Shown here: piece after piece, positions 1 to 13,453 of the stretch
Numbering within the stretch: position 1 is the first letter of the stretch
How the letters are laid out: every line of letters begins with the position of its first letter
Notes under the pieces: generated by a model
What the model was told of the DNA's origin: nothing
Databases searched by the model: none
The model's input: only the letters and a program-made list of their open reading frames with translations
Made by a program: the position numbers and the translations under genes
NCBI GenBank assembly: GCA_964016885.1
Contig: OZ024740.1
Location: 145,514,001 to 145,578,000 of the forward strand
Reading direction: 5' to 3'
Length of the DNA stretch: 64,000 bases
Source of the DNA: Eledone cirrhosa
Taxonomy: Eukaryota

Positions 1-2434
1 CTGAAATCGAGCTACTTGCTTGCTGAAAAGATTGCGCCTTTCCAAAGCCGTAATATATAGAGCTACATTCACTCCACTAGATGACATCCCGAAGAACTAT
101 ATGGAGCGTACCGCTAACAACTTGAAGCAACTGGGTAATCAACATCTGGACTCGTTTAGGTTCACAACAGAGTAAATTCTACTTTCCTGCATCGTTTTAA
201 TTGGAAGGTTAGAGACCAAGGGTAGGACTATCCCACTATAACATGGAACATTGTCGATAAAGCCCCACCATACACCAGTGGATTACGTGTTTGCAGGTTC
301 TGTCTCTTTGAGAAGCTGCATATCCTGAAGTAACCTGTGATTTTGTTCAGCCTATAAACTCTGAAATAGCGCCCGGGAAATTAGAGTTCATTCACTTTTT
401 AACTAAAGTTAATCTGGACAGAGTTGATTGTTTCTTTTGTACCCTAGTAGCGCTTCACACTCTAATAGCGCTTTGCAGTGATTCACACTAACAATCTACA
501 ATAATTTGTATCATTTTACCTGGTTCGTTGAACAGAAACCAAATTTAACAACAACTATACTAAGGGCCACCACTCACAAAGCATCGGAATACCCGAGTTG
601 GCGGAAAACACTTGACCGAAATATCAGCCTTTTTAACTATGCATCCCAGCTTGCGCCCGTCATAGTATAAGGTTGACTACCAGACAATAATTACTAGAAT
701 ACCAATACAGAGTGTATGATAAATAAATGAATATATCGTGCCCTATCCATAGCCATACAGTAGACCCGAACTTAGCTGCCCCAGCTGATAGTACAGGGAA
801 TGGGCCCTTATCCAGGATTATGGATTCATCCTCAACTTCGAAATTCTGGCTTGGTATTTGATTCTTGTTGAGAAAGGAGGTCGGGTAGAATGTTAAGACT
901 AGCAAACTTAGCTTCAGTACTGAAAGTGCTACAGAAACGAGGCAAGTCACTCACAGTTCTATAGGGAGCGGGAGAAACTAAGACTAAAACATATCCATAA
1001 GTATTCAGACATGCTATGAGGGCCTTTTCGGCAGCTTGGAATGAGTATCGAACCCACAGACTTAATACATACAGATGTATAATAATATTTATATATTCAT
1101 AACCCACTCAATAGTGTCATTCTGTAAGTGTGTAAGCGTGCGCGCGTATGTGTGCGTAGGCGCGCTTGCATATGCGGGATTAAAGAAATTTGAGAATCAT
1201 CTTAATACACGTTATTACTTTTTAAAACCTCCAGCTAAATAGAATATGTTTTATGTGTTGGTTTAGAAATTCATTCTTCTTGTGCTATTTTATGCTTCGT
1301 TAAGGAAAAGTTGCATTAAGTTGCAAAGGCAAAAGAGGAAGGGCGATGAGGAAAGTGTAAATATTGACGTAAACGATGTCATAGATTTACGGAGTGATAA
1401 AGAGGAAAGCAAACATTAACAAACAACATGACTTCTCTTCTTTTATTTTATTTTATTTTATTTATTTATTATTTTTTTTACACACGGTTCCAACAAAAAG
1501 AAAGTGGGTGAGAAAAATGAAAATGATGTCAGATTAATTTCATTAGATTGAACATAAAGGTAGCAAGCAACGTGTATTTATTTTTATTTTTTCGTACTAA
1601 TGTGTTTAACGATATCGGAAATAACCTGCTTTACCTGAACACGCCCTACTACAGCTATGTTTAGAAGGAATAAATGAGATATAAACAGACAGAAAATTGA
1701 TATATAAAGTTTTAAATGATTTTACGTAAACACAAGGGAAAAGAATAAGTCAAAAAGATTTTATAATCTAAAATTAAAGATAATTTTGTTTAAATAGTTA
1801 ATTAGTCATTGCTTCTTTCTATTTAATGGTGACAAGTGTTGTCTTTTTTTACGGAGACTACACTATGAAATGCTATACGTTTGAATGTTCATAGAAGCAT
1901 TAACTTTTCAGTAACGTGTTGTTTATATAAGCACATCCTATTGCCAGTAACTGTTTACATACAACTAAATCCCTTAAATTATCATCGCTATGTTGGAAAC
2001 ATATCTTTCAACACTATTCGCCGACCGCCATATTTTTCAAATACAGTTTGCAGTATACCGGTAAATATCAATCTCCATTACCGGAAATAATCTATCAGTA
2101 TTTCCCTGTTCGCTTAAATGTGACAGTTGTTTAATAACTAAATCAAATCACATGCATTAGTTTATAGTTGGTTTTAAACATTTTCTCATGTGTTATTTTA
2201 ATGAGATATGCAAGATAAATATCGGGAAATTTCTTTCTCTTCTTATTTCATATATTTTTTCCTGACAAGTACTACTAATTTAATGAGATTTGAAACCGCA
2301 GTTTTTAAATCCACTGAAATATCGATTAACAAGTTTAATTTGGTTCTTTGTTTATTTTTTAATTTAATTTGGATTACTTCTAACTTAATTCCTAATTTCT
2401 ACTCGTGGGTTTTTCGCGTTAGCATAAACTTGCT

Positions 2435-2534
<100 letters not shown>

Positions 2535-2550
2535 GCTATATATATATATA

Positions 2551-3531
2551 AGAAGGAAGTACAGCATAATCGAAGCTCTGGTTGCAGCCAAGCTAACGAA
2601 TGCAGTCGGGATGTGTACTCAATAAGGAATTTTACCTTAGAGTTATAACATTACGTTTAGACAGCTATGCAAATTGAAGACAGCGACCGATAAGCGAGCG
2701 GCTAGGACCAGAACAACGAAAAAAACCGACTCAGGAAAATTTTGACATACCTGGACCATCGTGGAGATATTATATATCTCCGCTAGGGTGGTGGCTTGGC
2801 AGTATCGGTAGAGGGTCGGACGCCATGCTTTCCAGCATAGTTACGTCCCTTTGCGGTCTGAGTTCAAATCCCACCGAGGTTAACTTTGCCTTTCATCCTT
2901 ACGGGGTCGATAAAATAAAGTACCAGTAATGCACTGGGTAATTGATGGCCTTGTGCCAAAAGTAGAAACAATTATATATCTCCGCTAGGTTTCTGTAAAT
3001 CCGAAATCAACAAAATCCATTTGCAGGGGCCTGCAAGTTATTGGCTTTGGAAGATAGAACAGTGGAATTTACTTCGTCAACAAGTTTTTGTTCTGCCGCC
3101 ACCGGTTGTAAGAACTAGCAGTAAACACTGCTAGTAGTCACGTGGTTTATCCGAAGGGAGGGTACCCCCGGTTTTGGCGGTCAAATTCAAAATTTGAACA
3201 AAGGATTTAAATCCTTTACACAAACCGAATGAAAGCTCTCTACCAGATGTTATTAAACAAACATAAACAATTAACCAATCAATAGAATTGTCTAATTAAA
3301 TTAATCAATTATTCATTAAGTTTAGGAGATAATAATATAAGAAAGAAGTAAGGCATAATCGAAGCTCTGGTTGCAGCCAAGCTAACGAATGCAGTCGGAA
3401 TGTGCTGCTAAAGCACTCAATAAGGAATTTTACCTTAGAGTTATAACATTACGTTTAGACAGCTATGCAAATTGAAGCCAGCGACCGAAAAGCGAGCCGC
3501 TAGGACCAGAACAACAAAAAAAGACTCTCTC
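2551..3531 (-). mobile_element. Non-coding element with ~175-bp terminal direct repeat and degenerate hammerhead (retrozyme/PLE-like), interrupted by a SINE
   Basis: 2551-2725 is repeated at 3339-3522; (TA)n on both sides. Minus strand reads TTGACGA-aGTAAATTC...GGATTTACa-GAAA-CCT...AGG-TA once the SINE is removed. Confidence 0.45.
2788..2970 (+). mobile_element. tRNA-derived SINE (short ~185-bp family)
   Basis: A-box-like TGGCAGTATCGG and B-box GAGTTCAAATCCC; flanking duplication ATTATATATCTCCGCTAGG (2769-2787 / 2971-2989); several copies in the window. Confidence 0.9.
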
Positions 3532-3623
3532 TATATATATATATATATAAATCAAATTAGAATTTGATTTTTCGCTCTCATATCATAGCAGATTATATAA
3601 ATGTATTTATGAGTTTTATATCG

Positions 3624-3638
3624 AATAATAATAATAAC

Positions 3639-3671
<33 letters not shown>
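3624..3671. repeat. (AAT)n tract at the 3' junction of Tx1 element 1
   Basis: Direct reading. Confidence 0.95.
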
Positions 3672-3673
<2 letters not shown>

Positions 3674-3921
3674 TTTCTTTATTAACCACAAGGGTTTACA
3701 TAAAGTAGACATTAAGGACAGTGCAGGACAATACAGGACGGTACAAATGGGCATTTCTGCGTGTAAAAAACAAAAACAGAGGATGTAACAAAAAATAACA
3801 ATGAAAAATTCCCCAATAGGGGGGAGACTTCGGAGGGACACATGTGGAGAAATCCCATTAAAAGGCCACAATGACCCTGACCACCAAGGCAAGTGCCCTC
3901 TCCCAGTTTTCCACCTTTAAT

Positions 3922-6900
3922 TTACAGACACATACTCAGAGTAGGCCCATTCACTCGGGCCATTCTTGCTTCTCTCACCCATCTTTCAACAAAATGCTGG
4001 GAAGAGAGCACTTCCCTCTCTACTCTGATTTTCCTTTTCAAATGAAATTTGAAAAAGTCAATCAGAGCATCACCGAAGAGGTAAGTGCTCGCCTTCAGCC
4101 CTTTCAAACGTGTCCACCATACTATCTCTTTCGCCATGGCCACCAGACAGATAAAAACTGCCTGCCCTTCCCGGCTAAAGGAGGAGGGCGGGGCAATCCT
4201 CACGATGGACTCAGATGATAGCCGGATCCGTCCTAAACGCGACAACAGGTGTTGACATAAACCCACAAGTCAGCAATTTTCGGACACTGGACGAGTGCGT
4301 GCAGGACGGTTTCGTCGCCCTGCGCGCATCTCGGACATGCCCGGCTGACGGCACCTCCATGCCCGTAGAGTTTATCCCGAACTGGCAAAGCTCCTCGGTA
4401 GCACTGCCAGGCCAGAGATTTCTGGAAGTTGTCCATAGGCCCTGGCCCGAAAGTTCTTCCGAAGAGATTGGCTAGTTGATTTTCGTCGACGCCTAGAGTT
4501 TCCCCAAGTACGTCGTCGCTCTTCCCCTCCACTAATCCTCTATAGAACGCCGAGGTGGAGTTTCCACCGATCACATTGCCCGATTGGTCGAGGGCTGTGA
4601 GCGCCTGAAGACATTCCAGTCTCCAGGCGCTCCCTCTCGGTCTTCGCTTGACTCAGGACTGCAGCTCCGTCAAGGAAACGAGCTGGGGAAATACGTGTCT
4701 AGCAAACGGCGACCACACCTGATCACCGTCGAGGAAGAGGTGGAGATGTCGTAGCCTGAGCGCATGTCTGCGCATCATCAGCCACGGTATGCCCAGCCCT
4801 CCACGTAGCGGGTGTTGAGAACAGATGGACCGCCTGACCATCGGAGCGCGTCCCTTCCACAAAAAGCGAAAGAGCAAACGCTCCAGCGCAGTCAGGGGAG
4901 GCTTAGGACAAGGTACAATGGTCAGGCGGTAGCAGATGACAGACGCGATGTACGCGTTAGCCACCTCCGCTCGACCTTTCAGGGATAGCTTCCTCTCCGC
5001 CCATTTCTGGGTGAGAGAAGCCACCCTGCTCGTCACCTCGTCCCAGTTTTTGTTCGTCTGGAGGTCCGGACCGAACCAGATCCCTAGCAATTTAACCGGT
5101 CCATCCGTCCAGCGTCCGACGACGCTGTTGGACGGCATGGACCTGCCTCTCCAGGTGCCGAGCTGCAGGCCCACTGACTTTTCCTGGTTGATCATTGCTC
5201 CTGTCACCGCTTCGTATTCTCTTAATGTAGTGCCGATCGCCTCGATGTGTTTGGCGTTCGACACCACTACGGTGACAGCGTCCGCATATGCTGACACGGA
5301 TCTTCCGCATCCTAGTTCGCGCGGGATGCCCCTCAACGTCTCCAATTTGTGCAGTAATGGCTCGAGAGTCAATACGTACAATAGGGACGAGAGGGGACAT
5401 CCTTGGCGGACCGAGCGCATGATGCTGAACGGTTCCGACAGGTGACCGTTCACTCTCACCACAGAGCAGATGTCGCTGTGCATGGCAGCGATCCAGCCTC
5501 TGAAGACGGGCCCAAAGCCAGCCGCCCTCAGGACTGCCGCTAGGTAACGATAGTCGACCCTATCGAAAGCTTTCGACTGATCTAAATTGATCAAGGACCC
5601 ACCCGTGCCAGGTTCCCTAGCTACCCTCTCTACGATGTATCGCATGAGGTGGAGGTTGTCGTGGGTGGATCTGTCGGGAATGGCGCATGTCTGCGCCTCT
5701 CCCACCAGACCACCAACGACAAGCGCCAACCTCTTTGCTAGCACCTTGGACAAAATCTTGAACTCTGTGTTTAGCAGAGTTATGGGCCGGAAATTATCTA
5801 TGTTATCCCCTTGTTCGGATCCTTTCTCAGTAGTGCCACCGCTCCTCGGCTCACAGAACTGGGAATTCTCCCGTTCTGTTGCCAGTTGCAGTAGACATCC
5901 GCCAAGAGGCCTCCGAACAAGTCTGGCATCTGTACGTAAAGTTCATAGGGCAGACCATCCAAACCAGGCGATTTACCCCTTGTGCAGCCAGTCATTGCCT
6001 CCCTTACTTCAGCGGCTGTTATCGGCTTTTCGCAACACCTCGCCTCAGTGGCCGAGAGCCGCGGCAGTCCGTCGAGGTAGACACTAAAGTCCATCCCTCG
6101 ACCCGGCCCACCGCTGCCCCCGAACAGCTGAGTGAAGTGTCGCTGAAAAGCTTCACACATTTGCCCGGGATCGAGTAGCATGCGCCCCCGTCGTGGTCCA
6201 CCAAAGACCGGATCGTGGCTTTGTTGCCACGACGCGCCTCCGCCACTCGGGCCCATTGAACGGCTTTCGTCCCCTCGTGTCTGAGACCACGCACCCTTGC
6301 TCTGACAACGCAGCCTTCGTGCTTTGCATTGAAGAATTGGTCAAGGGCCAATTTCGCTGCAAGCACGTCGGTCGCAATGCCTTTGCTAAGCGCCTCGTCT
6401 AATTTTCTTATTAGTTCTCCCTCTGCTCTATTTTTCTCTATTGCTAAAGCCTTACTAAACCTAATGGATTCTATTCTAATCGCTCTTTTCAGAGCAAACC
6501 ACCACTTGTTGTTGACGATGGCCCCCGTCAACGCCCGCTTAACTAGTTCGCTGATCCGGTCTCTGTAGGCCTTGCGCGCTGTTAAGCACGCGTTTAGCTT
6601 CCAGTAGCCGGGTCCTCGTCTATGAAGCCTATCTAAGTCAAGCACTCAGATCACGAATTTGTGGTCCGTGTAGCTGACTATCTTGAATTGTGGACAGCCT
6701 ATGCTAAACCTATCTATTTCCCTACAAAATACTCTATCTAGATATGATCTGGATGACCATATGCGATTTGTCCAAGTCCACATTGGCACATTCGGGAAAT
6801 CCAATCGGTACCTGTCAGACAGTTCAAAACGCCTGAGCAGGTTGGTGAGGCTCTTGCACCCTCCACCCCTATCCGTTAATCCCACACAGTCCCAGCATGC

Positions 6901-7346
6901 ATCTAAGATCCCGTTCCAGTCGCCCACTAACACTAAAGAGCGGGACGTTCCAAGAAAGGTCTCCAGACGCCGGAAGAAATCAGGCCGCCCTGCTCCTGTC
7001 GGGGCATAGACGGCCACTAGCCTGAAAGCTTGCCCGTCTCCGCTGGTCACGTCCAGCACCACCAACTTACCCTCTGGGTCCAGGAAGATGGCCCGTATGG
7101 CGAGATCCAAACCTCTCCGAAAAAGCACAGCAACTCCCCCCCCCCCCCCGATCCAGGACGGCTGGGAGATACGTACACATCGTAGCCGCCGAAGATCGGT
7201 GCGAAGGCCCGTGCTTCGGAGATTCTGGTCTCGCTGATGGCCACTACATCTATGTTTAGTGACCTGAGGTCGTTGAGCAGGTGAGCCTGCTTCCATGACG
7301 ACCCCAAGCCACGCGCATTTATGCTGCCTATTCTGAGTGAGGTCAT
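3922..7346 (-). pseudogene. ORF2 of Tx1 copy 1 (APE endonuclease, reverse transcriptase, C-terminal CCHC), disrupted
   Basis: SINARGL, AISET, VGDWN, YLDRVF, TDHK (APE); KSPGLDGLP, LDQSKAFDRV, VRQGCPLS, YADA (RT, mutated YADD); CPRCAQGDETVLHALVQC; split across several ORFs. Confidence 0.92.
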
Positions 7347-7381
7347 GTTTAAAATAGAGTGGAAAAGATGGGAAAGACCAC

Positions 7382-9521
7382 TTACCGTACTTTTCGTAGA
7401 GGAGGGATGGTTTTTACATCCCTTTTCACTTGATCGTCTGGTGAAGGGACCGTTGAATCGTCCCTTCGGCTGGTCATCGGCTCTTCTATGAGTATGTCCG
7501 AATATACTCTTCGGTTGTTAGTTCCTCCTAGGTCTCTGAAATCACTAACTGCGTTGGGGAATTTCGTTTTAATTTTTGTGTATTGTTTCTGTGCTATTTT
7601 TAGCAGTCTTATGTTAGTTGGCGTTTTGATTGGTGCTGGTATTATGTAGTCGTGTTGTGAAATGTCTGTGTGTTTTATTATGTAAGTCATTAGTTTCTTG
7701 TTGCGTGTATTTATTGCCGTGCATTTGTTTTTCTGTGGGTGGGGTGTGGTTCTGCTATTTTCTTGTCGTTTTTGCTGGGTGTGTGTGTTTTGTTGTTGTG
7801 TTTGCGATGTTGGTGCTTGTGGTGGTGGTGTTGAAGGTGTTGTTGTTGTTGGCGGTGGGGTTGTCGCCGGTGGTGATGGCGGTGCTAGTGTGGGTGGTGA
7901 TGGTATTGGTGGTGTTGCTGCTGTGAGTCTCTTTGCAGTGGACTTTACCCTTTTTCATTTCTTTCCTCCCTTTTCAAAGGCGACGATGCGCTGCTTCTGC
8001 GTTTGTGCCTTCTTACGACCTTTTGCCATCCCTCTCCCACCTCACACTCCATGTCTGATTCTGTGAGGTCGGGGAGGGGTACCAGCTCCACTCTTTCACT
8101 TGTTGTTGTTGGTGATGTTTGCACTGGAGTCGCTGTTGCAGCTGCATTTGGTATTGCTGTTGTTGTTGTTGTTAATACTTCCACTGCTGCTGCTGTTTTT
8201 GATTTCCGTGGCGTGGGTATGGGTGCCACGGACCTATCCTTCCTGGTTGCCGCTTGTCCTGTTGCTGGTAGCCGTGGAGCCGGTTTCGGAAGGAGGGGGA
8301 TTTTCTCCTTTCTCAGGGTCTTCTCGTTGCAGAAGGCCCTGAGGTGAGTCTTCGATCTACAGCGAAAGCATTTCGGGCGTTTGCCCTCAACACTTATGGG
8401 CAGTTGAGTGCCGTTATCGAAGTCTATCACATCCGGGATAGCTTCGATGCACTCCTGGTTGGTTTGGATTAACATCTCAATGGAGGTGCCGACCCAATCT
8501 TCTCTTACTTTTTTCTGTACTTGCAGTACAGTTGTTTTGTCCTCGATTCCGACGAGGACAGACGCGGCCAGCCAAGAAGGGGCCATCCCGGGGGGGGGAC
8601 GTGGGTCAGTTTGACCCTCACAATTTTTGGCCCGCAGTAGGAGGGCACCAACACCATTTCCTCGCTCCTTAGGGTCACTACGGATTGAGCCTTTGCCTCC
8701 TGGGGTGTGGCAAAAAGTACGTCTACGGTGGCATATTTCTTGCCTCGGGTGATGTGTGTTTTCCGCTGCCACACAGACCCCAAGGCTTTTTGTATTTGAG
8801 CCTCTGTGGCTCTTTCCACCCTACGGGATTTTGTACTTATTGTACGGTACGTGACCGTACAGTGCTGTTGGGTTTCGAAAAATTTTTCCGATGCCTTGCA
8901 GATTCCTCGGTGTCCAGTTTTTGTCACCATCTTCTTCGCTTCCTCTAATTCCTCATTTGTTATGAGGATGGTTTCCAGGTTCTTTGCGATACCTGTAAAC
9001 GAGATTGGTTTTTCTTTGCTGCTGTTGTTGTTGTTGTTGTTGTCGTCAGAGCTGCTGTTACTTTTGTTGTTGCTGCAGGTACTACGACTACTGCCGCCGC
9101 CGCTGTTGCTGTGGTTGTTGTTGTTGTTGCTGCTGCTGCTGCTGTTGTTGTTGCTGCTAATGCTGTTGTTGTTTATGCTGCTGCTGATGCTGTTGCGGCT
9201 GCTACTGTTGTTTTCCTTGTCACTGTTGCTGCTGTTATTACGGCTGCTACTGCTATTATTCCTGACGTCAGACGAATGAAATGGGTTTTCGTATTTCCCG
9301 CACACCTTTTTCGTCGTTGTCGTCGTCGTCGTGGAGAAATCTTGCTCGCTTTGCACGTGATTTTTCTTTTCTGGCGTCGCTTGTGAAAGAGAAGGGAGGG
9401 AGAGAGACACATTTAGAGAAGGGAGGGAGAGAGACAATCTTCTCTCTGCTGTAGTGACGATTGAGGAAGAAGAAGACGGAATGAGTGGGAGTGACCTATG
9501 AAAATTCTTTTTCGTAGCCAT
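7382..9521 (-). pseudogene. ORF1 (gag-like, CCHC knuckle) of Tx1 copy 1, two frameshifts
   Basis: CFRCRSKTHLRAFC knuckle; ORFs 8505-9521, 7945-8772 and 7382-7690 join through frameshifts at a G-run (~8590) and a T-run (~7951). Confidence 0.8.
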
Positions 9522-9738
9522 GTTGTTTTTCTTTGTTTAAAGTAAATATTGGGCACAAAACCCCAATAGGCGGTTATTTCACCCCGAAGGGCCAAATAAC
9601 GGGCAGAAAGACCCCTCTCACGAGGAGGAGGGTGTTTTTGTCTACAAGTTGGTTAAAGTTTTAAACAATTTACAATTGTTATAGCGGTCAAAATTTGCAA
9701 TACCTTACAGAGCCGAGCCTCCGTCAACCATAGCATTC

Positions 9739-9786
<48 letters not shown>
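9739..9786. repeat. (AAT)n tract separating the two Tx1 copies
   Basis: Direct reading. Confidence 0.95.
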
Positions 9787-9788
<2 letters not shown>

Positions 9789-10035
9789 TTTCTTTATTAA
9801 CCACAAGGGTTTACATAAAGTAGACATTAAGGACAGTGCAGGACAATACAGTACGGTACAAATGGGCATTTCTGCGTGTAAAAAACAAAAACAGTGGCTG
9901 TAACAAAAAAAACAATGAAAAATTCCCCAATACGAGGGAGACTTCCGAGGGACATTCGTGGAGAAAGCCCATTAAAAAGCCACAGTGACCCTGACCTCCA
10001 GGACAAGTGCCCTCTCCCAGTTTTCCACCTTTAAT

Positions 10036-13000
10036 TTACAGACACATACTCAGAGAAGGCCCATTCACTCGGGCCATTCTTGCCTCTCTCACCCATCTTT
10101 CAACAAAATGCTGGGAAGAGAGCACTTCCCTCTCTACCCTGATTTTCCTTTTCAAATGAAATTTGAAAAAGTTAATCACGGTATTACCGAAGAGGTAAGT
10201 GCTTGTCTTCAGTCCTTTCAAACGTGTCCACCATACTATCTCTTTCGCCATGGCCACCAGACAGATAAAAACTGCCTGCCCTTCTCGGCTAAAGGAAGAG
10301 GGCGGGGCAATCCTCACGATGGACTCAGCTGATAGCTGGATCGTCCTACACGCGACAGCAGCTGTTCGACATAAACCCACAAGTCAGCAATGCTCGGACA
10401 CTGGACGAGTGCGTGCAGGACGGTTTCGTCGCCCTGCGCGCATCTCGGACATGTCCGGCTGACGGCACCTCCATGCCTGTAGAGTTTATCCCGAACTGGC
10501 AAAGCTCCTCGGTAGCACTGCCAGGCCAGGGATTTCTGGAAGTTGTCCATAGGCTCCGGCCCGAAAGTTCTTCCAAAGAGATTGGCTAGTTGATTTTCGT
10601 CGACGCCTAGAGTTTCCCCAAGTACGTCGTCGCTCTTCCCCTCCACTAATCCTCTACAGAACGCCAAGGTGGAGTTTCCACCGATCACATTGCCCGATTG
10701 GTCGAGGGCTGTGAGCGCCTGAAGACATTCCAGTCTCCAAGCGCTCCCTCTCGGTCTTCGCTTGACCCAGGACTGCAGCTCCGTCAAGGAAACGAGCTGG
10801 GGAAAGACGCGTCTAGCAAACGGCGACCACACCTGATCACCGTCGAGGAAGAGGTGGAGATGTCGTAGCCTGAGCGCGTGTCTGCGCATCATCAGCCACG
10901 GCTTGCCCAGCCCTCCACGTAGCGGGTGTTGACAGCAGATGGACCGCCTGACCATCGGAGCGCGTTCCTTCCACAAAAAGCGAAAGAGCAAACGCTCCAG
11001 CGCAGTCAGGCGGGGCTTAGGACAAGGTACGACGGTCAGGCGGTAGTAGATGACGGACGCGATGTACGCGTTAGCCACCTCCGCTCGACCTTTCAAGGAT
11101 AGCTTCCTCTCCGCCCATTTCTGGGTGAGAGAAGCCACCCTGCTCGTCACCTCGTCCCAGTTTTTGTCCGTCTGGAGGTCCGGACCGAACCAGACCCCTA
11201 GCAATTTAACCGGTTCGTCCGTCCAGCGCCCGACGGCGCTGTTGGACGGCATGGACCTGCCTCTCCAGGTGCCGAGCTGCAGGCCCACTGACTTTTCCTG
11301 GTTGATCATTGTTCATGTCACCGCTTCGTATTCTCTTAGTGTAGTGCCGATCGCCTCGATGTGTTTGGCGTTCGACACCACTACGGTGACATCGTCTGCA
11401 TATGCTGACACGGATCTTCCGCATCCTAGTTCGTGGGGGACGCCCCTCAACGTCTCTAGTTTGTGCAGTAATGGCTCGAGAGTCAATACGTACAAGAGGG
11501 ACGAGAGGGGACATCCTTGGCGGACCGAGCGCATGATGTTGAACAGAGCAGATGTCGCTGTGCATGGCAGCGATCCAGCCTCTGAAGACGGGCCCAAAGC
11601 CAGCCGCCCTCAGGACTGCCGCTAGGTAACGATGGTCGACCCTGTCGAAAGCTTTCGACTGATCTAAATTAATCAAGGATCCACTCGTGCCAGGTTCCTT
11701 AGCTACCCTCTCTACGATGTATCGCATGAGGTGGAGGTTGTCGTGGATGGATCTGTCGGGAATGGCGCATGTCTGCGCCTCTCCCACCAGACCACCAACG
11801 ACAAGCGCCAACCTCTTTGCTAGCACCTTGGCCAAAATCTTGAACTCTGTGTTTAGCAGAGTTATGGGCCGGAAATTATCTATGTTATCCCCTTGTTCGG
11901 ATCCTTTCTCAGCAGCGCCATAGCTCCTCGGCTCACAGAGCTGGGAATTCTCCCGTTCTGTTGCCAGTTGCAGTAGACGTCCGCCAAGAGGCCTCCGAAC
12001 AAGTCTGGCATATGTACGTAAAGTTCATAGGGCAGACCATCCAAACCAAGCGATTTACCCCTTGTGCAGCCAGTCATTGCTCCCGTACTTCAGCGGCTGT
12101 TATCGGCTTTTCGCAACACTCCGCCTCAGTGGCCGAGAGCCGCGGCAATCCGTCGAGGTAGACACTAAAGTCCATCCCTCGATTCGGCCCGCCGCTGCCC
12201 CCGAACAGCTGAGTGAAGTGTCGCTGAAAAGCTTCACACATTTGCCCGGGATCGAGTAGCATGCGCCCGTCGTGGTCCACCAAAGACCGGATCGTGGCTT
12301 TGTTGCCACGACTGCCTCCGCCACTCGGGCCCATTGAACGGCTTTCGTCCCCTCGTGTCTGAGAGCACGCACCCTAGCTCTGACAACGCAGCCTTCGTGC
12401 TTTGCATTGAAGAATTAGTCAAGGGCCAATTTCGCTGCAAGCACGTCGGTCGCAATGCCTTTGCTAAGCGCCTTGTCTAATTTTCTAACTAGTTCTCCCT
12501 CTGCTCTATTTTTCTCTATTGCTAAAGCCTTACTAGACCTAATGGACTCTATTCTAATCGCTCTTTTCAGAGCAAACCACCACTTGTTGTTGACGATGGC
12601 CCCCGTCAACGCCCGCTTAACTAGTTCGCTAATCCGGTCTCTGTAGGGCTTGCGCGCTAGCAAAGACGCGTTTAGCTTCCAGTAGCCGGGTCCTCGTCTA
12701 TGAAGCCTATCTAAGTCAAGCACACAGATCACGAATTTGTGGTCCGTGTAGCTGACTATCTTGAATTGTTGACAGCCTATGCTAAACCTATCTATTTCCC
12801 TACAAAATACTCTATCTAGATATGATCTGGATGACCCTATGCGATTTGTCCAAGTCCACATTGGCACATTCGGGAAATCCAATCGGTACCTGTCAGACAG
12901 TTCAAAACGCCTGAGCAGGTTAGTGAGGCTCTTGCACCCTCCTCCCCTATCCGCTAATCCCACACAGTCCCAGCATGCATCTAAGATCCCGTTCCAGTCG

Positions 13001-13419
13001 CCCACTAACACTAAAGAGTGGGACGTTCCAAGAAAGGTCTCCAGACGCCGGAAGAAATCAGGCCGCCCTGCTCCTGTCGGGGCATAGACGGCCACTAGCC
13101 TGAAATCTTGCCCGTCTCCGCTGGTCACGTCCAGCACCACTAACTTACCTTCTGGGTCCAGGAAGATGGCCCGTATGGCGAGATCCAAACCTCTCCGAAA
13201 AAGCACAGCAACTCCTCTCCCCGATCCAGGACGGCTGGGAGATGCGTACACATCGTAGCCGCCGAAGATCGGTGCGAAGGCCCGTGCTTCGGAGATTCTG
13301 GTCTCGCTGATGGCCACTACATCTATGTTTAGTGACCTGAGGTCGTTGAGCAGGTGGCCCTGCTTCCATGACGACCCCAAGCCACGCGCATTTATACTGC
13401 CTATTCTGAGTGAGGTCAT
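10036..13419 (-). pseudogene. ORF2 of Tx1 copy 2 (APE-RT-CCHC), disrupted
   Basis: Intact APE ORF 12415-13419; RT with YADD; ~30-bp deletion near 11543 relative to copy 1; further frameshifts and stops. Confidence 0.92.
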
Positions 13420-13453
13420 GTTGAAATGGAGTGGAAAAGATGGGAAAGACCAC

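Larger units (their letters stand above)
3672..9738 (-). mobile_element. L1/Tx1-clade non-LTR retrotransposon, full-length copy 1
   Basis: Gag-like ORF1 plus APE-RT-CCHC ORF2; 3' end AATAAAGAAATC runs directly into (ATT)n; (ATT)n also lies at the 5' end. Confidence 0.92.

Noticed and set aside
1-1060. Moderately GC-richer stretch that might be an old TE ORF
   Set aside because: No diagnostic motif or long ORF recognised in the frames examined
2788-2970. tRNA gene
   Set aside because: Only the head is tRNA-like; multi-copy with TSDs, so a SINE
7375-7390. GTAAGT splice donor at the ORF1/ORF2 boundary of Tx1 copy 1
   Set aside because: Not conserved at the same position in copy 2 (ATAAGT); it overlaps the stop codon
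8806-9386. Leu/Val-rich membrane-like ORFs on the plus strand (also 7630-8066 and 13761-14276)
   Set aside because: Antisense shadows of low-complexity Ser/Asn/Thr/Pro stretches of Tx1 ORF1
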